A DNA stretch of 64,000 nucleotides from Clostridiales bacterium (GTDB lineage: Bacteria > Bacillota > Clostridia > Christensenellales > UBA1242). The position numbers and the translations under genes are program-made. Shown piece by piece: positions 47,370 to 57,231 of the stretch. Where the stretch lies: NCBI GenBank assembly GCA_015055605.1, contig SVHV01000002.1, forward strand, positions 288,220 to 352,219, written 5' to 3'. Numbering within the stretch: the first letter of the stretch is position 1; every line of letters starts with the position of its first letter. The notes under the pieces are model-generated. The model had not been told where the DNA came from. It ran no database searches and saw only the letters and a program-made list of their open reading frames with translations.

Positions 47370-49874
47370 ATGAAAAAAATTCAAAAAATGTTAGTTGCAT
47401 TAGTAATTGCATTTGCATCTTTTCTATCTCTTGCTGCCTGTGGTGATGGAGATAAGATTATAGGTGCACAAGTTATGACAGGTACAATGGCAACTACAGT
47501 TGCTAAAGGTGGCATTATTGATACCTCTAAGGCAAAAGTACAAGTGGAATATAAAGATTCTTTCAAGACAGTTGATGCTAGTGAATTAGAGTTTGGTGCT
47601 GTCGACACTTCAGTTGTTGGTAATACCAAAATGAAAATTAAATATGGCGACTATGAGTTTGAAGTAACAATCAAGGTCGTTGCTACTGAGGCTGATGTTA
47701 GTAGTATCTCACTTCTAGAGAGTGGTGTTTGGGAGAGATATAAAGCTAATAAGAAAGAACAGACTAACAAACAAGATGAGTTTGTGGATAGGACAGCTCC
47801 TCTATATGTTGGTGACGACAACAAATTCAATTTCAGAATAAGTGCTTCTGGTAGAGATGGTGCTAATAGAGCAGTTATTGGAATTGAGAAAGTAAGAACA
47901 AATATAACCGTTGAGAAGAAGAATGGTACAGATTATGACACTCTAGATGCAGCAACTCTTGCATCATTTGTAGAAATTGACACAGAGAATACAACTCTTG
48001 ACTTTACATCAGATGCAGTCGGTGAAGAGTTTAGAGTAACTGTAGAGGCTGTAAATAAAGATGTAACAGCAGAGGAATCTGCAACTAAATTTACTGTTGA
48101 ATTTACAGTAGTTGATGGTTATAATGTTTATAATGCTACAGACTTATCTGTTTACGACAACACTAATAGAGGTGGTGTTTGGACAGAGAAAAAAGCTGCA
48201 ACAGGTATGACAAATGTTACAGCAGATGCTATTATTCTTCAAGATGATATTGTTATTCATAAAGAAGATGTTCCAGCAGCTTTCTTCTGGAATAAGGCTA
48301 CTGAAGGTACTACTAGTGAGTATCAAAGTAGACAAGTGTTGCTAGGTTCAGATACTGAACTAAACGGTACAGTTAAAGACTATAGTGATACAGGTCTTTA
48401 CAGAAGAACTTTAACTGATGGTGATGTATTCACAATTCATGGTAATTATTTCAGAATTGACCTATCTGACTTCCCTAAGGCAGTTACTGGTGGTGTTGAG
48501 GGTGCAGGAGATGATTTTATAGATCAGGCAGAAGGCGAGATGATGACTTCACACTTCTCAGTATTCTTCAATGTAGTAGAAGATGCTACAACACTTCATT
48601 CTAAAACATCTGTAGATATTGATGGTGTTAGATTCTACGGTAATGGTGGTTTAAATACAGAAGTTGAAAACTCTGGTGCTATTATCCTTATGAAAAACCA
48701 CTGGGTAGACCTTAATGCTTACAATACTCTACAAAAGAACTTCTATATCGGTTACTTTGTAGAGAATGGTCTTAGAGATGATGTTGCTGAAAACGGTAAA
48801 TATTCTGGTAATTTCTTAGTAGATAGTTGTAAAGGATATGACTCATATCAATGTCTATTCTACTGTTGGGGTGCAGAAAAATTAATTATCAAAAATAGTG
48901 AATTTATGAATGCAGGTGGTCCTGCAATCATTGGTTCTCATGGTGGTATTGTTGATAATGATCCTGAGACTGGTGCTCCTACAAATGTAGACATTATTGC
49001 TTCAACTGTTTCTTCTGAAGTAGTTGGTACAGAGCCATGGTTTGTAAAATATGGTTCTGCTGCTGTTGTTCAACAATTACCTCTACTAGAGGGTTTACTT
49101 GCTGGTCAAACAGCTATCCCTGCTACAGATAAGAGTATTTATGTAAGAACTGAGCAAGTACAAGGTACTACTGTAAATAAATTAAACTTAGTAGCATGTT
49201 TGCTTTCAGGTTCTGCTGAAGGAATTTCTGGACAATCTATTAGAGGTCATGTAAGAATCTTCGATACTCAAGCAGAGTATGATGCTTACTATGCTGCTAG
49301 TCCAGAGAAAACAACTTATGGCTTAGAGATGGGTAGTGAATTAGATGCTCGTTCTAAAGCAAACCATGGTATCTATATTGAGGCTAATGGTAATGGTGGA
49401 TACATCAATAGTGGTGTTCAAACTAACTGGGATACTAGTTATTTAGGATTCCTTCAGATGACATTCTTAGAGACAGTTCTTGCTGATGCTATTCCTCTTG
49501 TAGAACAACAAATGGGCGTATCTTATAGTTCTCTTTCTTTCGAGCAAAAGAAAACTGCTCTTCAAGGAGCTATTAGTGCGATTGCTGAAATGTCAGATGG
49601 CTTAAGTTTATTACAACAACTTTATGGTGGTGGATTGGTTAAGAATGCTCAAGTAGTTGAGGGAGAGTATATCGGTGTAGGTAAAGATATGTGGCCAGAA
49701 CTTACTGGTGCTGATCAGGCTAAATTAGCAAATGCTGCACAATTAGCGCAATATCTATGTGGTTATGTTGCTCAAATACAAGCACCTGTATCATTCACAG
49801 AGGGTTCTCATCTAAATCTTTACTTAGGTGACTATGGTGTTGGTCTTGTTTTAGGAACAAAGACAAAAAATTAA
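47370..49874 (+). CDS. large lipoprotein (Ig-like N-terminal domains, beta-helix-like C-terminal region)
   Basis: MKKIQKMLVALVIAFASFLSLAAC-GDG lipobox and RBS AAGGAGAA. 834 aa. Confidence 0.75.
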   Translation: MKKIQKMLVALVIAFASFLSLAACGDGDKIIGAQVMTGTMATTVAKGGIIDTSKAKVQVEYKDSFKTVDASELEFGAVDTSVVGNTKMKIKYGDYEFEVTIKVVATEADVSSISLLESGVWERYKANKKEQTNKQDEFVDRTAPLYVGDDNKFNFRISASGRDGANRAVIGIEKVRTNITVEKKNGTDYDTLDAATLASFVEIDTENTTLDFTSDAVGEEFRVTVEAVNKDVTAEESATKFTVEFTVVDGYNVYNATDLSVYDNTNRGGVWTEKKAATGMTNVTADAIILQDDIVIHKEDVPAAFFWNKATEGTTSEYQSRQVLLGSDTELNGTVKDYSDTGLYRRTLTDGDVFTIHGNYFRIDLSDFPKAVTGGVEGAGDDFIDQAEGEMMTSHFSVFFNVVEDATTLHSKTSVDIDGVRFYGNGGLNTEVENSGAIILMKNHWVDLNAYNTLQKNFYIGYFVENGLRDDVAENGKYSGNFLVDSCKGYDSYQCLFYCWGAEKLIIKNSEFMNAGGPAIIGSHGGIVDNDPETGAPTNVDIIASTVSSEVVGTEPWFVKYGSAAVVQQLPLLEGLLAGQTAIPATDKSIYVRTEQVQGTTVNKLNLVACLLSGSAEGISGQSIRGHVRIFDTQAEYDAYYAASPEKTTYGLEMGSELDARSKANHGIYIEANGNGGYINSGVQTNWDTSYLGFLQMTFLETVLADAIPLVEQQMGVSYSSLSFEQKKTALQGAISAIAEMSDGLSLLQQLYGGGLVKNAQVVEGEYIGVGKDMWPELTGADQAKLANAAQLAQYLCGYVAQIQAPVSFTEGSHLNLYLGDYGVGLVLGTKTKN

Positions 49875-50033
49875 TTTAATTTTAAAATAAAAAGGTTTTG
49901 CTTGAGAAAGCAGGACCTTTTTGTTTTTCTAAATATTGGGTTTGCGATTAATATGGGTATTGCATTTGGGTATAATTCATGCTAAAATGTTAGTACAAAA
50001 TTATAATGGGGAATATGGGTTGTTAAGATTAGT

Positions 50034-50840
50034 ATGATGAAGGATCGCACCAAAGAAATCATTCTAAATGAATTAAAAAATCATCAGTACTCTGCCGACT
50101 TTATGGCTGAGTATAATTTAGACAAACTCTTTAATATATACTGCACTAATGAAATAGAGACTTATGCTGATTTGATTAAGAATCATGGTGAGTTTGTGAG
50201 GGTTGTGATTGCAAATATGGACCTAATGGACCTTAGTTTTTTAGACGGTGAAACCATGTATGATAAGTCTTATCACCTCAGAAGTTTACTGTGGAGTAGA
50301 ATGCAGGGCTTTAGTGTAGTAAATCCTGTGTGTTATAGGGGGCTCAAGAAAGAGCAAGATGCTTATGTGTCTTTTGTTAATTATATTACTAGCAAAAGAG
50401 ACAGGGTGCTAGATGTGGGTCCTGGCAGAGTGCCATTATCCTCTATTATGATCGCTAGTGATAGAGAGGATGGTGTTGTTGGGGCTATGGACTGGCTTGC
50501 TTTGCCTGATGATGTGCTTAAGAGGTTTAAGGTAAAAGGCTATAGACAACAATTTAGATTTGACACCAAGACTGATGATTGTGATATAGTGGTGGCAAAT
50601 AAGGCTTGTGATGCATTCCCTGCGATTGTTTCTAATTGTTCTAGGTCTAATAAGGCATATTTTATGAAACTTTGTGATTGCTTTGCGCCTGGTGGAGAGA
50701 TTAAGGGTTGGCATGATTGTTTGAGGGAGTTTGATAGCAGAATTAAGTTTGATGGCTCAGGATACTTTGCTACTAATCTTGATATGACTCCTAATCAGTT
50801 TGATAAAGCGCTTAAAGAAAATGGCTGTATGGGTGGCTAA
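50034..50840 (+). CDS. hypothetical protein
   Basis: 268-aa ORF. VLDVGPG resembles SAM-binding motif I, but nothing else supports a methyltransferase call. Confidence 0.45.
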   Translation: MMKDRTKEIILNELKNHQYSADFMAEYNLDKLFNIYCTNEIETYADLIKNHGEFVRVVIANMDLMDLSFLDGETMYDKSYHLRSLLWSRMQGFSVVNPVCYRGLKKEQDAYVSFVNYITSKRDRVLDVGPGRVPLSSIMIASDREDGVVGAMDWLALPDDVLKRFKVKGYRQQFRFDTKTDDCDIVVANKACDAFPAIVSNCSRSNKAYFMKLCDCFAPGGEIKGWHDCLREFDSRIKFDGSGYFATNLDMTPNQFDKALKENGCMGG

Positions 50841-51005
50841 AAATATATGATTTACTCTTCTTGTTTGTGTGACAAGGAGAGTTTTTTCTTAAAAAGTAGA
50901 TATTTACCCCTCTTTTAGTAGTTGCCAAAGTGTATTGAAAATGTTAAACTATTTCTAGGTGCATAAGCATTGAGTATATTTTGGTATAAGGAGAGTTTGG
51001 TTTTT

Positions 51006-51566
51006 ATGAATATTAGTGATGTAAAAGCAAATTCAACTATCGAGTATGATGGTAAACTATGGTTGGTGGTTGAGTATCAGAAGGTTAGTCGTCCTAGACT
51101 AGCAGCACTTTTTAGAACTAAACTTAAAAATATCGAAACTGGTCAAGTGGTAGAAAAGAATTTTTTGCCTAGTGAAACTGTTGGAGAGGTGTCTTTGACT
51201 GTAAAAGAAATGCAATATTCTTATGATGATGGGGATATTGTATACTTTATGGATTTAGAATCTTATGATCAAGTGCCTTTTGATAGGGTTATAGTAGATC
51301 CTGTAAGAAAGTATATCAAAGATGATACAGTGTGTATGGTTAAATATGCTAATGACAAGCTTATTAGTATTGACCCTCCTACATTTATGGAGATGGATAT
51401 AGTGGCTTGCGAGCCTGCTGTGGCTGGTAATACCAGTGGTACTGCTTATAAACCTGCTACCCTTGAGACTGGACTAGTTGTTAAAGTGCCTCTATTTGTA
51501 AATAATGGCGACAGAATCAGAGTTGACACTAGAACTGGTGAATATATGGAGAGGGTAAAAAACTAA
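51006..51566 (+). CDS. efp: elongation factor P
   Basis: The ATG at 51006 lies behind AAGGAGAG. IEYDGKLWLVVEYQKV....FRTKLKNIETG, EPAVAGNTSG..KPATLETGLVVKVPLF and RIRVDTRTGEYMERV are EF-P blocks. The loop is atypical (SRPRLAA). Confidence 0.9.
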   Translation: MNISDVKANSTIEYDGKLWLVVEYQKVSRPRLAALFRTKLKNIETGQVVEKNFLPSETVGEVSLTVKEMQYSYDDGDIVYFMDLESYDQVPFDRVIVDPVRKYIKDDTVCMVKYANDKLISIDPPTFMEMDIVACEPAVAGNTSGTAYKPATLETGLVVKVPLFVNNGDRIRVDTRTGEYMERVKN

Positions 51567-51580
51567 AAAGTTAGGTATTT

Positions 51581-52171
51581 ATGTCAATTTTAAGAAATAG
51601 AATCAAAAGAGTAAGAAAAAGAATTAATAGTGATCCATGGGAGTATGATAAGAAGGGTAGGGCAATAGTTGAGATTAATGTGTCTGATGCTGATAGTCTG
51701 ATGTCTGTATATGACTCTGATGGAAAGGAAGTTTTGTCTAACGAAACTGCAAACTTTATTGATAATGCAATCAAGGGTATTCCTCCTAAAAAAGAATTGC
51801 ATTTGTATGTTGCTTGTGAGAGTTATACAAAGGATAAAGAACAGTTATATAGAAATGCTATTATTAATTACTATGTAAACGAGTTTGCAGATAAAGATGA
51901 GAAGATGAAGAGTAATTGGATATGGTCTTCTATTCTTCTAATCGTTGCTTTCTTAGGTTTCGGTATATTGTATGCATTAGACTTAGGTGGTGTGATGTAT
52001 ACTGTGAGTTATCTTTTGGATATAGGTTTTTGGGTTCTGGCGTGGGAGGCTGTAGATATTATGGTGCTACAACAAAGGGAACTCCGTCATGAACAGAAGA
52101 AAGATTTAAAAATTATTTTCTCGACCATTACCTTTAATAGGTTGGAGATTCCTGAAGAGGACGAAGAGTAA
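51581..52171 (+). CDS. hypothetical membrane protein
   Basis: 196-aa ORF with two TM helices in the C-terminal half. The terminator AAAAAGACTAGTGTTTTTACTAGTCTTTTTT follows at 52173-52210. Confidence 0.55.
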   Translation: MSILRNRIKRVRKRINSDPWEYDKKGRAIVEINVSDADSLMSVYDSDGKEVLSNETANFIDNAIKGIPPKKELHLYVACESYTKDKEQLYRNAIINYYVNEFADKDEKMKSNWIWSSILLIVAFLGFGILYALDLGGVMYTVSYLLDIGFWVLAWEAVDIMVLQQRELRHEQKKDLKIIFSTITFNRLEIPEEDEE

Positions 52172-52352
52172 TAAAAAGACTAGTGTTTTTACTAGTCTTT
52201 TTTGTTTTTTGTACACAAATTTATATCTATGATTAGGGGTTAAATCTAAGGTGTGTATAAACCAATAAATCACACCAAAACACCTCAAGAGTAATTATAC
52301 ATCTGTTATTTTGGTTGTGTAAAATAAAGGGCTATTAATGAGGGTTTTCTAG

Positions 52353-52785
52353 TTATCCACATTTACACACAATAATATTTATAAATTTTTATGTATAATT
52401 ATGTATATAAGCATAATTTTACGGTAAAATGTATAAATTCTCACACTTTTCCACTATAGTTATCCACATTTCCACACAAAAACTGACAGTTATTCACAAT
52501 TAAAGTTTGATAAAGTTTCGATTTTTCATTAAAAAATGGCTATAATTGTGAAAACACCTAAGTTATCCACATACTTTTTGTGATTTTCAGAGGGGATAGT
52601 TATGAAATAATCAGATGAATATTTGTCATAATTTATACATTTTGTATAGTATTAGTGTATATTGTATATAAAAAAAGACCTATTACTATGTAATAGGTCT
52701 TTCTGGTTGCTACTTTTATAAATTAGAGTTGTATCTGATTATTTGATAATGTGTACACCTTATACAATATTATTGATGTGGATAA
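52353..52785. promoter_or_regulatory. DnaA-box cluster (four perfect TTATCCACA boxes and one TTATTCACA box)
   Basis: TTATCCACA at 52353-52361, 52460-52468 and 52563-52571. TTATTCACA at 52490-52498. An inverted TGTGGATAA at 52777-52785. Three boxes carry the extended context AGTTATCCACAT. Confidence 0.75.
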
Positions 52786-52794
52786 CTCTATATT

Positions 52795-53502
52795 TTAGTA
52801 GTGTGTGCCACAGTATGGACAGTTTGACTCGTTAGATACTCTTGTACTACCACAGCCTGGGCAGGTTGATGATTGTGTGCTAGTAGATGTGTTAGATGGG
52901 GTGTTAACTCTTGTATTTGCAGATGAGCCACTTCTGTCATAGTCTACTTCTTGTTGAAGATATTCACGATGTCTTTTTTTTCTAACAACTGCAACAATTA
53001 TTAAGACAGTCCCTACTGTTAAAAATATTCCACCGATAACGAATAGTGCTGTACCAGTTGAATCTTTTAGGTGTGTAATTTCGTTAGGGTTTTCTGGGTT
53101 ATATAAGATTAGGTTTCTTGAGCCTATATCTGGAATAAAGCCACTGCCGATATTGTCTTCTACAACATATTTTGTACCATCTACCTCAAATGTATATATA
53201 GGATAGTAGGTATACTCATATTCACCGTCTTCATCATCCCAAGTTCTTGTTTCGTGATAATCGGTAATGATTGCGTTGATAGACTGATAAGTTTCTAGCT
53301 TTTGTTGATGGCTGATGTGGCTATATATACCACCTATAATTATAAGAATTGCTACGATTATACATATAACGCCAGCTACAATATTGCCTTTTGGGCTTGA
53401 ATGAGAGTCGCTGTAGTGAACTGTAGTGCTACTCCTTGAATGTCTATGATGTCTGTGATGGTGACTTCCACCTGTTGAGAATGAAAATCTAATGCTTGCC
53501 AT
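52795..53502 (-). CDS. DUF3592-like membrane protein with His-rich N-terminus and C-terminal zinc ribbon
   Basis: GGSHHHRHHRHSRSS, two TM helices flanking YPIYTFEVDGTKYVVEDNIGSG, and CPGCGS..CPYCG at the C-terminus. The terminator is at 52670-52702. Confidence 0.6.
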   Translation of the reverse strand: MASIRFSFSTGGSHHHRHHRHSRSSTTVHYSDSHSSPKGNIVAGVICIIVAILIIIGGIYSHISHQQKLETYQSINAIITDYHETRTWDDEDGEYEYTYYPIYTFEVDGTKYVVEDNIGSGFIPDIGSRNLILYNPENPNEITHLKDSTGTALFVIGGIFLTVGTVLIIVAVVRKKRHREYLQQEVDYDRSGSSANTRVNTPSNTSTSTQSSTCPGCGSTRVSNESNCPYCGTHY

Positions 53503-53604
53503 ACGTTTTCCTCTTTTTCATTTTTTTTAAATTTTATCAAAAAAGACAAAATCGGTCAAACTATATGACATATATATACTTTTATATTGTTAAATTATAT
53601 TGCT

Positions 53605-55065
53605 CTAGTTGTAAATGACTACGCCTGTGTCTATAGGAGATACTCCTGTAGGTAATTCTTCTACACCCTCATAAACAATCCCTTTCTGTGGTTGGTATAT
53701 TTCGTGTCTAATTTCTTTTTCTTCTATAAGGGTGTCTTTTAGGTATTTTTGTAAATATGCTTTTGCCTCATGTCCGGCTTTTGGATATGATTTTCTATAA
53801 TATTCACCTTTAAATAATATGTGTTTTGCATATTTGCCCTCTGTGTCAGGAATGATTTTATCGCCGGGGCTATCTATGGTTTCTAGTATTTCACTTCTAG
53901 TCTTGTAGGTATACTCGCTAGGACATGAATATATATCAACCGTTACTGATTGGCTATCACTATAGGTGTGGATATATATAGGATATTCGGTATTATTAGT
54001 GAATTTTAGGTCACTGGTATATTCTGCGACCATAGCATCTAATGCAGGTGGTACATATTTAACGGGTAGGGTATGTTTGTGAACTTCATTGATTTCTATT
54101 CCACTAAGTAGCAGAGCATTGTATAGAGTGGTACTTGCTTGACAAACGCCTCCTCCGATACCATCTGTAAATTCTCCGTTATATATAATGGTTGCAGATT
54201 GATATCCTCTCTCTAGTGTTTGTTCTCCAACAATATTGTTAAACGAGACACATTCTCCGGGGTTTATTATCATTCCATCAAAAGACTTTAGTGCTAGTTT
54301 TACATTGTGCTTTCTACCACCAGTGCTATCTGCAACATTTGTAGAGAATGAGGAGATTAGGTGAGTCAGTCCTTCGTTATATTCTTTGGTAATACTAGCA
54401 ATCTCGTCTATATATTCTATTTCTACTGATATGTTGTCGTTAGACAAAAATTGTTCGTTTATATCTCTATACAGTTTCTCTTTATTGACTCTTTTACCAT
54501 TTGTGGAGTCTGTAATTAAGAAGAGTTCTTTTTTGTTGGTGTCAAAAGTAATTGTGCTATCTACTGGTTCAATCTCCACGCTTGCTATTATTTCTTCAAT
54601 TTTTTCATCTAAACCAACATATATATAATTAAAAGCCATAGACACATTTCCACCTATTTTGTCAAACTGGCTAATGAGAGTTTTTTCTCCTACCTCGCCG
54701 AGTAGAGCCTCTCTATCCTGACTCATATCTAGCACTGTGTGGATATTAGTGTTTACAGAGAAATCATCTTTGTCCATAGTCCATACTTTGTCGGACATGC
54801 TATCAGATATGGTAAGATTAAAGTCTTCGGCTCTTTCTTTAAACTTGTTTATGAGCACTACATTTGCTTCTGACTTTGACATGCCTGATAGATTATAGCC
54901 ATTGATTATAGTGCCGTCTTCGAGAAGTTTGTTGGTTTGTATATCTAGAAACATAAACTGAGTAATAATGACTATTGTTATTAAGATGGTAAGTATTGTG
55001 AGTAAAGATAAGATTCTATTGGTTTTTTGTTTAGATGATAATGTGTGGCTTTGTGAATTTTTCAT
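53605..55065 (-). CDS. VanW family protein
   Basis: N-terminal TM helix. GGGVCQASTTLYNALLLSG is the VanW core motif. Confidence 0.8.
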   Translation of the reverse strand: MKNSQSHTLSSKQKTNRILSLLTILTILITIVIITQFMFLDIQTNKLLEDGTIINGYNLSGMSKSEANVVLINKFKERAEDFNLTISDSMSDKVWTMDKDDFSVNTNIHTVLDMSQDREALLGEVGEKTLISQFDKIGGNVSMAFNYIYVGLDEKIEEIIASVEIEPVDSTITFDTNKKELFLITDSTNGKRVNKEKLYRDINEQFLSNDNISVEIEYIDEIASITKEYNEGLTHLISSFSTNVADSTGGRKHNVKLALKSFDGMIINPGECVSFNNIVGEQTLERGYQSATIIYNGEFTDGIGGGVCQASTTLYNALLLSGIEINEVHKHTLPVKYVPPALDAMVAEYTSDLKFTNNTEYPIYIHTYSDSQSVTVDIYSCPSEYTYKTRSEILETIDSPGDKIIPDTEGKYAKHILFKGEYYRKSYPKAGHEAKAYLQKYLKDTLIEEKEIRHEIYQPQKGIVYEGVEELPTGVSPIDTGVVIYN

Positions 55066-55171
55066 ATTAGACCTCTAGAGTATATATAGTTTTAGTTTGT
55101 TTTAAAAGTAGATATTTATACTATTATTTACTCAAAAGTATCTTATCTATATAATAAAAAAGATACCAGAG

Positions 55172-56479
55172 TTATTTACTGGTATCTTCTTTATTTTCTT
55201 TGCTTAGGCTTAAAAAAGTCTCATTGATTTCTTTTGCCCTTGTGATTAAGTCTTCTTTGCTATTCTTGACGGTCATGCTTAGGACTTGATTGTATAGTGA
55301 AGAAAGTATCTTTCCTATATACTTATTATCTATACCTGCGTCAATTAAGTCATTTGCTTTAATGGGTAGTTCGTGTACTGATAGTGGTAAGTTATTGCGT
55401 TTAATTGCTGAGATATTGTCAGAAAGTGCCACTTTATGTTTTTTATGTAGATGTAGGTCTATAATTTCTCTTTCTGCATTTGATAGTGTTAGGTAATTAA
55501 TTGTTGCTGTAATTGGGTCCATCTCATAAGTAAGATTTTGGTATATTCTATATAGTTTCTCTGTGATTGCTATATTTGTTTTACTTTCTTTCATTCCGTC
55601 TAATCCAAATAGCATGTTGCACGAAAACATTAGATGCTGGTCTCTAGTGTAAACCTTGAGATACTTCTTTAAGATTAGGAAGTATAGGCCTATTAGTCTA
55701 GAGTCGCTAGATAGTGTATAGAAGTCTTTGATATCTTTGCGTGTAATTTTTTTCATACTCTTTAGTCTGGAATTGAAGATGTATGGAAGCATACCATATT
55801 TGCATATTAGACTAAGGCCTAATGTGTTTGCTCTATTGTATTTCTGGTCAGCAATCACTATCTGTGATATTTCTTTTTGGATTCGCTCTTTTGATATAAA
55901 GTTTAGGTTAACCTTGTTTTTATATAAGGATTTGGCTGTCTTGCTTTCTAGTTTAAAGTTTAGAGTTGAGGCGAATCTTATTACCCTTAAGATTCTTAGC
56001 CCGTCATCTCTAAGTGTGACACTAGGGATATTGACTGTACGAATGATTCCTTGTTTTATATCACTCATGCCATAACCCAAGTCTATCACTTTGTCTGAGA
56101 GTATATCATAGTATAGAGCATTGATAGTGAGGTCTCGTCTTTTATGGTCAGTCTGGATATCATCAACGAATTCTATATGGTCTGGGGTATGACAGGCAGG
56201 TGTAGAGTAACTTTCTTTTCGGAATTGTGTATACTCTAGTTTTAGACCATTCTTGATAATTTGTAATGTGCCTAAGTTTTTATTGATAGTTTTAGCTGTG
56301 AACCCATTGTCTTTACAGACTTTCTCTACTTGTTTATGTGGCATGCTAGACGAAATATCTATATCGTCAGTCTTGAGTCCTAAAATAGAGTCTCTGACAA
56401 ACCCTCCTACGATATATAGAGTGTGTCCACTTTTCTTTATTAAGTTTGCTAATTCTTTTAGTTCTTCTCTGATTTCCAT
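55172..56479 (-). CDS. cca: CCA-adding enzyme / tRNA nucleotidyltransferase
   Basis: LYIVGGFVRDSILGLKTDDIDI and RRDLTINALYYD are the polymerase-beta nucleotidyltransferase head-domain motifs. Confidence 0.85.
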   Translation of the reverse strand: MEIREELKELANLIKKSGHTLYIVGGFVRDSILGLKTDDIDISSSMPHKQVEKVCKDNGFTAKTINKNLGTLQIIKNGLKLEYTQFRKESYSTPACHTPDHIEFVDDIQTDHKRRDLTINALYYDILSDKVIDLGYGMSDIKQGIIRTVNIPSVTLRDDGLRILRVIRFASTLNFKLESKTAKSLYKNKVNLNFISKERIQKEISQIVIADQKYNRANTLGLSLICKYGMLPYIFNSRLKSMKKITRKDIKDFYTLSSDSRLIGLYFLILKKYLKVYTRDQHLMFSCNMLFGLDGMKESKTNIAITEKLYRIYQNLTYEMDPITATINYLTLSNAEREIIDLHLHKKHKVALSDNISAIKRNNLPLSVHELPIKANDLIDAGIDNKYIGKILSSLYNQVLSMTVKNSKEDLITRAKEINETFLSLSKENKEDTSK

Positions 56480-56700
56480 ACTAAGAGTATAGCACTTAAA
56501 TTGTTTTTCGCAAAGAGTATTAAAATTATTTTTGAGTTAAGTTTGGGCATAATATAGAATATTAATTATATTATATTTTTAAGATATTCTATTGTGAAAT
56601 TCTATATTAGGTGTTATACTTATATGTAAGTTGTGGGAGTATCTCCTAAATAACTCCTCTATACAACGGTAAAATGAAAAATGATAATGGATTGTAAAAT

Positions 56701-57189
56701 ATGGTAATTGCAAAAAAAGTTTTATATTTATTAGCAGGAATATTAAAGTGTGCGATAGGTGGTCTTGTTTTTTTGATTGCTGCACTTCTTGTGCTACTTA
56801 GGGGATTGTTTGAGACAATTCTTAGAACTGACCCGTCTGTTGTAGAAGATATGGTGGGAGGCTTAATTGAGAGCTCGGAGTCTTATGCATACCTTAGCAC
56901 ATATTCACAAGAGCAGTGCATAGATTTTGTGTTAGACACTGCAGGAAGATTCGGTATAGTGTTTGTACTAATCTCTCTAATATGGATTGCAATAGCTGTA
57001 TTTAACTTTATTCTTTGCAAAAAGATTAGTAAATCTGATACTAAGAAAAAGTTTACATTGATACTCACTGTTGTTAGTTGGGTTGCTTCACCATTATTTA
57101 TATCTACAATCTTAACTACTGTGGGTGCTTGTCTTAGAAAGAGAAAGAAATCTGAAGACAAAATTGTGATTGAATCATATCAAGAATAA
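56701..57189 (+). CDS. hypothetical membrane protein
   Basis: 162 aa with four hydrophobic segments. Confidence 0.5.
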   Translation: MVIAKKVLYLLAGILKCAIGGLVFLIAALLVLLRGLFETILRTDPSVVEDMVGGLIESSESYAYLSTYSQEQCIDFVLDTAGRFGIVFVLISLIWIAIAVFNFILCKKISKSDTKKKFTLILTVVSWVASPLFISTILTTVGACLRKRKKSEDKIVIESYQE

Positions 57190-57231
57190 TTATCACACAA
57201 ACCTAAAACTAATTACAAAAAGGAAATTATT

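Noticed and set aside
52211-52794. Calling the DnaA-box cluster the chromosomal oriC
   Set aside because: There is no dnaA/dnaN nearby. The flanking genes converge on the site rather than diverge from it. I cannot compute genome-wide skew from one window. I kept it as a DnaA-box cluster of unknown role.
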